The notes under the pieces: model-generated
What the model was told of the DNA's origin: nothing
The model's database searches: none
Seen by the model: the letters and a program-made list of their open reading frames with translations, nothing else
Made by a program: the position numbers and the translations under genes
Sequence record: PQ306574.1
Source of the DNA: Escherichia phage vB_EcoM_PTE-Eco09
DNA: 64,000 nucleotides
Direction: 5' to 3' (one strand)
In this document: piece by piece, positions 54,765 through 64,000 of the stretch
Layout of the letters: the number at the start of each line of letters is the position of its first letter
Numbering within the stretch: position 1 is the stretch's first letter

Positions 54765-55559
54765 TTAGATGAAATTCAGGTAGCGGGATACGCCGGAATC
54801 TACAGTTGCCTTTTTCTCTGATTCTTCGACAGCTTCTGCAATAACATTCAGCTTGTCGGCATCAGTATTTAGTGATTCTTCAATCTTCGCTGGTTTGTCT
54901 TCTTTCTTAGCAACCATTTCGACAATTGCAGTTAATTTCTTATCGAAAGTTTCGCTATATTCCAGACCTTCAATCAGCGCGGTTACTTTTTCTTTCTGAG
55001 TATCGGAAAGATCACGAGTGCTTTCATTGATCGCTTGTTCTCGCTTCATGCCACGAATTTCGCTTTCAAGTTGCAGTTTGGCATCAAAGAGTTCAGAGGT
55101 TTTTTCTTTTTCTTCTTTGAGTGCTTCGTCAAGTTCAGCAACAACGTCTACAGATTCTTCCGGTACTACAACATTGTGAGTAACGAAAACATCTTTCAGA
55201 GAACCAATCAGGGATTCGCACAGATCCGCTTTAATATTACGGGTGACGGCTTCTTTATTTTCTGCCAGCCATTTAGCGCCTAAGTGATTCAGGAATTTGT
55301 CTGCATCTTCGTACAGTTTGGTTTCAATCTCGGTGCGTGCTTCTTCGACCTTTGATTCTACCAGTTCATCGGCTTTAGCGGCGATTTTTTCAATGTGGCT
55401 TTCTGCCAGAGCAACAGCATTAGCTTTTACCGCCTGAGCGTAGATAGTACCAAAATTTTCTTTTACTTCCGGCGACAGTTCGACGGATTCAAACAGGTCA
55501 TCGAGAGCAACGTCTACGGTGATCTGTTTTGCTTCTTCGAGCAGCATTTCTTTAAGCAT
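54765..55559 (-). CDS. 22: prohead core scaffold protein gp22
   Basis: 264-aa Glu/Lys/Ala-rich coiled-coil protein (T4 gp22 about 269 aa) between 21 and 23. Confidence 0.75.
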   Translation of the reverse strand: MLKEMLLEEAKQITVDVALDDLFESVELSPEVKENFGTIYAQAVKANAVALAESHIEKIAAKADELVESKVEEARTEIETKLYEDADKFLNHLGAKWLAENKEAVTRNIKADLCESLIGSLKDVFVTHNVVVPEESVDVVAELDEALKEEKEKTSELFDAKLQLESEIRGMKREQAINESTRDLSDTQKEKVTALIEGLEYSETFDKKLTAIVEMVAKKEDKPAKIEESLNTDADKLNVIAEAVEESEKKATVDSGVSRYLNFI

Positions 55560-55590
55560 GGTTATAACCTTCTTGTTGATAACGACGTTA

Positions 55591-56286
55591 TTATTTATAG
55601 CGTTTAGATAACGCTTCTGCGAGCGCCATAAACGCGCTATTATTCGATTCTACGATGTTTTGTTGTGAGGCTGTAGGGTTAGTCACTTTTTCGGTTTTGT
55701 CGCTTTCTGGTGCGTCTGACGAGCTAGAATCGCTATCCGTTGACTCAACCACCGGAGTTACCCACGCATCAGGTGCGCTCGGACCCCATACAACATCAAC
55801 ACCAACCGTCAACACAAAACCTTCCTGTACAATATTGTATCCGCGACCGGAGTCTTTCAACCGACCCAACCCACGGGAGGAAACGCCAGGAATCCAGCCA
55901 GCGCGAATCAGTGCAGCAAGTTTATCACCTGCGCCTTTATCCCCTTCAATAACACGGGCTTTACCCATCACGTTATTACCTTCCCACCATAATTTTTCAA
56001 TTATGATGCAAGCATTAGATGGATCTGGCATTGCTCTTGCTGGGTGATTAAGTTCGCCTAGAGCTTGATGTGTCTCAACTTGTTCATGTATGTATTTAGT
56101 AACCGCATTTTCTAGAACACTGCGAGGATACCAGCGTTTATTGCGGTTTACTGTTTCGGCTTGCAGGAAAATCCCTTGAATATAGAGATTTCCTGTAGCC
56201 TTATCATCAAATGATTCAAGCAATGACGAACTACCGCGAGCACAAGGAACGCCCCATTGTTCGATCAGTAATTCGTTCTTTTCCAT
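55591..56286 (-). CDS. 21: prohead core protease gp21
   Basis: LLIE.WG, N.NKR.YP, GELNHP blocks match recalled T4 gp21; position between 68 and 22. Confidence 0.8.
   Translation of the reverse strand: MEKNELLIEQWGVPCARGSSSLLESFDDKATGNLYIQGIFLQAETVNRNKRWYPRSVLENAVTKYIHEQVETHQALGELNHPARAMPDPSNACIIIEKLWWEGNNVMGKARVIEGDKGAGDKLAALIRAGWIPGVSSRGLGRLKDSGRGYNIVQEGFVLTVGVDVVWGPSAPDAWVTPVVESTDSDSSSSDAPESDKTEKVTNPTASQQNIVESNNSAFMALAEALSKRYK
55592..55599 (-). promoter_or_regulatory. T4-type late promoter (TATAAATA) for gene 22
   Basis: TATTTATA on + strand about 33 nt upstream of gene 22 ATG, within the 3' end of gene 21. Confidence 0.5.
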
Positions 56287-56297
56287 GTTGTTTCCTG

Positions 56298-56705
56298 TTA
56301 TAATCCTAACGCCTTACGTTTACGCATTGCTTTTTTGCGCTTACGTTCCGCATGACGTTCGATAGATGGATTTGCACGTTTGGTTTTTGCAGCACGACGG
56401 GCAATTTGACGGCGTTTAGCTTTGCTTAGGCCAGTAGTCATGTAAGCATTACGCTCACGGGTTTTGCGATCTTTCTTACGTGCAACTTCCCCGCGTGCGT
56501 TTACATGTTTAACCATTGCTTCATTTACAGTAATTCCGTCGATGATAGACAGCATTGCTACCGCCAGTTCCGGCTCATCCTCGGAGATACCTTCAACGAT
56601 TTTCAATAGTTCTTCTGACTCAAACATAGCCAACATGTCCAATTTTTCCTGTGCTTCCGGCAGAAAAGTTTCTAAGTCAGCTTTAGGAGTAAAATCTTTA
56701 ATCAT
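56298..56705 (-). CDS. 68: prohead core protein gp68-like
   Basis: 135 aa (T4 about 141), basic C-terminus; synteny. Confidence 0.6.
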   Translation of the reverse strand: MIKDFTPKADLETFLPEAQEKLDMLAMFESEELLKIVEGISEDEPELAVAMLSIIDGITVNEAMVKHVNARGEVARKKDRKTRERNAYMTTGLSKAKRRQIARRAAKTKRANPSIERHAERKRKKAMRKRKALGL

Positions 56706-56717
56706 GTTGGCTTCCTA

Positions 56718-56957
56718 TTATTCGTCGTCTTCTTTATCTTTTTTATCGTCTTTGCGATCTTCGTCTTCGTCGTCCTCATAATCCATATCTTCATCATCGC
56801 GGTCTTTTTCTTCTTCGCCTTCGATCATGATACTGGATGCGATTTCGACACGCTGAGATTCGATGATCTGGGCTTTTTTAGCCTCCATGATCTTATCAAA
56901 TTCTTTTTCGATCAGCGTTAGATCGCGAGTTTTAATTGCTTCGATAAATTGTTTCAT
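56718..56957 (-). CDS. 67: prohead core protein gp67-like
   Basis: 79-aa ORF with highly acidic C-terminal tail (T4 gp67 about 80 aa); synteny. Confidence 0.6.
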   Translation of the reverse strand: MKQFIEAIKTRDLTLIEKEFDKIMEAKKAQIIESQRVEIASSIMIEGEEEKDRDDEDMDYEDDEDEDRKDDKKDKEDDE

Positions 56958-58523
56958 TTAAAAATCCTCTATTTCATCGGGAGTTTGTTTAAAGCGCGGA
57001 TCGTTCGCTTCTTCTTCGATCTGTTTCTTCTCGGTGTCCATCTGGTCATCGGTATATTTCAGAATGTCACGCATCACTGTCTGGTTAGAGAAATATTTAC
57101 CAATGTAAGGTGTAATACGTTCGATTAGACCGATTCGACGTTCTAAAATTTCCGCGTCTTTAACTTCTGTATAATAAGAGTCCCGATGGAAAACCACCTT
57201 GATATTATTTATTTCACGATCCCAATCGTCTTCCGTAATTACATTTTTGAGAATCAGATTATATTTCAGAGGATCGCGCAATACTTCCGAAAACTGTGAT
57301 TGCAGAGTTCTAATGAATTTCGAAAATTCCAACTCATCGCGAGTAATTTCTGAACCGTCACCACCGATCACCATATTAGCATCGGAGAGATTACTGCGTG
57401 ACAATGGCACACGCAACGCTTCATACAATTTACGGTTAAAGTAGCGAATATCATCGATATCACTCATACCGGATGCACCGGGTAAAGTAGTAACGTCGGT
57501 GATTGCTTTACCATCTCGACGCTGTAACCAGTAGTCCTCTGTCATTGATAGATTTGCTTGCTGGTTTTTAAGTTTACCAGTCGATGCATCATAAACAACG
57601 CGGTTTTTAAAAGACTGTGCCACTGAGTTCATGTGCTGTGCAGCCTTGCGGTTGTTCATGTTTCCGGTATCAATAAAGAACACTCGGCGTTCCGGTGCAC
57701 GCGTGATACGATAAACGACCATTGCGTCTTCCAACAATTTAAGCTGGTTTGCTGGCTTAACAGCCCGATGCAAATAACCAATGATATATTTATCATCGCA
57801 ATCCATCAAGCCGCTGTGAGCGTATGTAATAGCACTACGCGGGATTTTAACGCGACTATTAGGAGAGAATACTTGACCACCTGCGCAATAAGAGCTATTG
57901 CCTACAGTGTAAATGAAATATTCTTTCGTTGCTTTATAAATTTTACCTTCCGGTGTGTCTTCTGTAATGATCTCTCGAACGTATTCAAGATTACGTGGGT
58001 CAAGCTGGCGTAATTCTACGATACCATCTTTTGGATTTTTGCCGATGATTTTATGGAAGAAAATACGCGAATCGACATACCAGCGACGGAACATATCCTG
58101 ACCGCGCCTATCAAACTGGATAGTGTTTAAAAGATCTTTAAATTCTTCATGAATGCGCTCTTTTACAGATTCACTAAAGCCAGTCGCCTCAAGATTTAAT
58201 GAAACAACTTCATGACCTTCTTCAAATACAATCGCATCGTTAACGATATTTTGTACAGCGTTTTCGACTTCATGGTTATTCATCAAACCGCGATATGTGT
58301 TAACTAATTGCTTAGTTGTGCTGATTTTCTGGTCGGTGCTGTAAAATTGCTGGGTAAGAGAGTTCCACGCGCTAGCAGGTAAATTATCATTAATTTCTAC
58401 TTCCGTAGCACCATCATTGTTTTTAGGTGCGGCGATAGACTCTGCTTTATCTTTAATTTGTTCTTCGTATTTGTCGTTGTCAAAATCAGCCCAACGCGCA
58501 AGCATTTTTAATCTACTAAACAT
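56958..58523 (-). CDS. 20: portal vertex protein gp20
   Basis: 521 aa (T4 about 524); position upstream of 67/68/21; portal-sized acidic protein. Confidence 0.8.
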   Translation of the reverse strand: MFSRLKMLARWADFDNDKYEEQIKDKAESIAAPKNNDGATEVEINDNLPASAWNSLTQQFYSTDQKISTTKQLVNTYRGLMNNHEVENAVQNIVNDAIVFEEGHEVVSLNLEATGFSESVKERIHEEFKDLLNTIQFDRRGQDMFRRWYVDSRIFFHKIIGKNPKDGIVELRQLDPRNLEYVREIITEDTPEGKIYKATKEYFIYTVGNSSYCAGGQVFSPNSRVKIPRSAITYAHSGLMDCDDKYIIGYLHRAVKPANQLKLLEDAMVVYRITRAPERRVFFIDTGNMNNRKAAQHMNSVAQSFKNRVVYDASTGKLKNQQANLSMTEDYWLQRRDGKAITDVTTLPGASGMSDIDDIRYFNRKLYEALRVPLSRSNLSDANMVIGGDGSEITRDELEFSKFIRTLQSQFSEVLRDPLKYNLILKNVITEDDWDREINNIKVVFHRDSYYTEVKDAEILERRIGLIERITPYIGKYFSNQTVMRDILKYTDDQMDTEKKQIEEEANDPRFKQTPDEIEDF

Positions 58524-58539
58524 TATTCACCTCGAATTG

Positions 58540-58562
58540 GGAGAAATTAGGCGGGGAACTTC
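58540..58562 (-). terminator. hairpin between gene 19 and gene 20
   Basis: GCGGGGA-ACTTC-TCCCCGC hairpin. Confidence 0.4.
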
Positions 58563-58581
58563 TCCCCGCATGATAATATAT

Positions 58582-59076
58582 TTATTCTACCCAATCGATA
58601 GCAAAAGTAACTTCAAACGTTTCAACTTCGTTGTTTTGTTCCCAATCGAGGGTTACTTCACCAACGTTGGTCGGGAAAATACCGTACAATGTTTTTTCGC
58701 TAGTTGATTCGGTGTTACGGTTAAGTTGACGAACAATAGCTTGTTTCTTATATTGTGCAGGAGTTGCACCAGTGATCGCCGAACCAGTGCCGTGTGTCTG
58801 ATCGCTCCATGCAACGATAGCATCACGGATCTTGTGTGCGTCATCGTTGAATACAGTGATGGTCCAGTCGTCGTATACACGGTCGCCAGCGATGTTAATT
58901 TTACGGTTTTGATAGCCTATAGCAATTTTTTCTACGGTAGCAGCCGGGACAGTCGCAGCCTTACACATCAGCTTAAAGTTTTGCCCCAGATACGGGATCT
59001 CAACTTCAAACAGGTTAGGACGAGCAAAATCGCCAGACTCGAAACCGCGTGTAATATCATTCAAATCGAGTGCCAT
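58582..59076 (-). CDS. 19: tail tube protein gp19
   Basis: Strong match to recalled T4 gp19 (FESGDFARPNLF.VEI.YLGQNF...CKA...PA..VEKI..G..NRKIN.AGDR..DDWT.TV.ND.AH, AEYKK.AIVRQ, WPTNVGE..LDW..NNE..TFEVT). Confidence 0.9.
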   Translation of the reverse strand: MALDLNDITRGFESGDFARPNLFEVEIPYLGQNFKLMCKAATVPAATVEKIAIGYQNRKINIAGDRVYDDWTITVFNDDAHKIRDAIVAWSDQTHGTGSAITGATPAQYKKQAIVRQLNRNTESTSEKTLYGIFPTNVGEVTLDWEQNNEVETFEVTFAIDWVE

Positions 59077-59096
59077 AATTGATATTCCTTAATAGA

Positions 59097-59120
59097 GCGG
59101 GGATTTTCTCCCCGCTTGAT
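59097..59120 (-). terminator. hairpin/attenuator between gene 18 and gene 19
   Basis: GAGCGGGGA-TTTTC-TCCCCGCTT hairpin downstream of gene 18 stop. Confidence 0.45.
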
Positions 59121-59149
59121 TTAACTTTTAATCTATGCTAATTTACTGA

Positions 59150-61153
59150 TTATGCCTGGTTAGCTGGACCGATAATTTCGTCAAAATCAGAACCAGTTGC
59201 AACAGCAGTGAAATTGAGCATGATATAGTTGATCGATTTTGCTGGTTTGATGAACATACTAGCAACAAATTCGTTACGATCAATTACATCCGGCGTGTTA
59301 TTCGTGGTGTCGCATTGTACTCGGAAGTCATAAATGCCACCCAGAGAGCGAATCGTGCTGAGATATTGCGAAACCTCCATACGGAAGGAAGCGCGAGTAA
59401 AGTTATCGTTGTTTTCAAACAGTTTGTATTTGCTTGAATCGCCGATATTCTTTTTCAGCATGTTAAACAGACGACGAACGTTAATGCGGTCAAACGGGCT
59501 AGGAACAGTCGTAGCGGTTTTATCACCCATCAGGATAAAACCTTCACCACCAGCACCGATTACCGGGTTAATTGCGGCCTGATACAGACGATCGCGGTGC
59601 GCCTTGCGAGGCTCAATTGCCAGTTTAACCACGTTCATGATCTGACCACGGTTATAACCTGCCGGACTCATCCACGGCTGGGATACAGCATCAGTACGAG
59701 CGCACAAACCAGCAATATCAGCAGCCAACGGAACCCAACGGTTTACGTCGTTGTATTTGTCATACTGATATTTGTAGTTACCATCAATAACCGCGTAAGT
59801 GGTATTAATGTTCATGTTGTTTTCATTATAGTTTCCTGAACCTTCGCGCCATGCAATCAGGTTATCAATTGCGGTAGTCACCGGAATATTAACAACAGTG
59901 CTACGCGGCGGAGAAACCATTACTAAGCAATCCTGACGCTCATCACCGATGGAAACAGCATGTTTCTGTACGGTAGAGAACGCATCGCCTTCGCCAGCAC
60001 ATGCACCAGCGATCAACAGGTTTACGTGAATAGATTCTCGTTCAGCAAACAGATCCCAACCTTGCATCATCGCACCGATGAACGGATCAGCACCAACTCC
60101 ACCAGTCGTTGCTTCGTTAGCAGAAACACCACCAGCAAGAGAGATAATACCACTGAAACCATCTACCCACCCTTGAGCGGTTGCATAGATGTACTGGCTA
60201 GAACCACGAGCAAAGAAGTCGTCCATGTAGATAGAATTGCCGTATACGTCTTTATCCCCTTTCAGAGTAGACAGTACATAGGATTCTACCACAACACCAT
60301 CACGACGAACAATAAATGCATATTGATTATCATTCTGCGGTGCATATGGAATCAGGTTGCGTGCTGCGGCACGAGTTCCGCCGAACGGATACATAGTTAA
60401 TTCAGGTGCTACCGCGCCACTGAACGCGCTACGTGCCAGAATTTCAACTTCCAGCGAGTTGCCAATCTCACCAGCATAGATCGCGCTTACCGCTGGCATA
60501 TCATACTTCTGGAGTTTAGTCAAGAAAGTCTGATTTGTGATATTGGCGCGGGAAGTTTCCAGATCCGTTAACAGAAGACCGGAATCAGTAACAATTTTAG
60601 TTACTGACAGCGCCGCACTACCGTTACCTGACGAAGAAGTGAACTCTGCCGTCCAACCGCCATCAAGTTCTGGATATACACCGATTGCTTTAGCGTGAGC
60701 GATAATTTTACCAGATGGGATAAATACGCCCTTAACTTTACCATCACCATCAACTTTAGTTACTTTACCAGCAGTTTCAATATCTTGACGGTTATGTTTA
60801 ATCTTGATGGTATCGCCTACTTCATAGTTTGAACCTTCGTTTGTGATTTCAAACTCGATGTTACCAGCTAGGGCAGTTGCGTTTTTCGCTTTTTCTTTAT
60901 TCAATACACGAACAACACGCAGGTCATTGCCATACTGGAGGAAGTTAGCCCCGCTCATGAAATAGTCTGCGGTGTTATTATCCGGCTGACCAAATTTATT
61001 AACTAATTCAACTTCATTAGTTACTTGAATAATCTGGAAAGCTGGACCCCATTGGAATTTACCTACCAGTGCAGCGCGACCAGTCGCAGATTGCACAATG
61101 GTAGTGGAGAGAGTAGTTTCTTTCGTTTCGAAACCCGGTGATAATAGAGTCAT
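59150..61153 (-). CDS. 18: tail sheath protein gp18
   Basis: 667 aa (T4 about 659); position between 17 and 19. Confidence 0.85.
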   Translation of the reverse strand: MTLLSPGFETKETTLSTTIVQSATGRAALVGKFQWGPAFQIIQVTNEVELVNKFGQPDNNTADYFMSGANFLQYGNDLRVVRVLNKEKAKNATALAGNIEFEITNEGSNYEVGDTIKIKHNRQDIETAGKVTKVDGDGKVKGVFIPSGKIIAHAKAIGVYPELDGGWTAEFTSSSGNGSAALSVTKIVTDSGLLLTDLETSRANITNQTFLTKLQKYDMPAVSAIYAGEIGNSLEVEILARSAFSGAVAPELTMYPFGGTRAAARNLIPYAPQNDNQYAFIVRRDGVVVESYVLSTLKGDKDVYGNSIYMDDFFARGSSQYIYATAQGWVDGFSGIISLAGGVSANEATTGGVGADPFIGAMMQGWDLFAERESIHVNLLIAGACAGEGDAFSTVQKHAVSIGDERQDCLVMVSPPRSTVVNIPVTTAIDNLIAWREGSGNYNENNMNINTTYAVIDGNYKYQYDKYNDVNRWVPLAADIAGLCARTDAVSQPWMSPAGYNRGQIMNVVKLAIEPRKAHRDRLYQAAINPVIGAGGEGFILMGDKTATTVPSPFDRINVRRLFNMLKKNIGDSSKYKLFENNDNFTRASFRMEVSQYLSTIRSLGGIYDFRVQCDTTNNTPDVIDRNEFVASMFIKPAKSINYIMLNFTAVATGSDFDEIIGPANQA

Positions 61154-61184
61154 TAGAATTTCCTCATCTTTTTATGCATTATCG

Positions 61185-64000
<2,816 letters not shown>

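Overview
This window reads as a contiguous segment of a T4-like myovirus genome, identified from protein motifs and gene order recalled from T4 (no database search was possible). The recognisable backbone is: long tail fiber gp34 (-), then on the + strand rnh, dsbA/33-like, 59, 32, frd, td, nrdA, nrdB, rnlA, pseT, cd, 31, DNA ligase and alt; then baseplate genes 54-48-29-28-27-51 (-), 26-25-uvsY (+), uvsW (-), hoc (+), and the head/tail block 24-23-22-21-68-67-20-19-18-17 (-). Between these core genes are accessory insertions. The most notable are: (1) many sigma70-like early promoters whose 17-bp spacer carries a GC-rich palindrome (PeSL-type cassettes, as described for RB43-group phages), each driving small ORFs in a hyperplastic region at about 26.5-32.9 kb; (2) a LAGLIDADG-type intein in the Walker A motif of the large terminase; (3) an in-frame insertion of about 130 aa in thymidylate synthase; (4) candidate host-interaction or anti-defence genes: a NADAR-like protein, two ADP-ribosyltransferases, a CYTH-like protein, a DprA/Smf-like protein, and a translationally coupled operon encoding a short C5-methyltransferase-like protein, a Zn-ribbon protein and a DUF262/ParB-like protein; (5) several homing-endonuclease-like genes (HNH-AP2, HNH-NUMOD, HNH, GIY-YIG, plus a GIY-YIG ORF broken by an in-frame stop); (6) a candidate small RNA between genes 23 and 24. 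Gene 17 runs off the right edge of the window.
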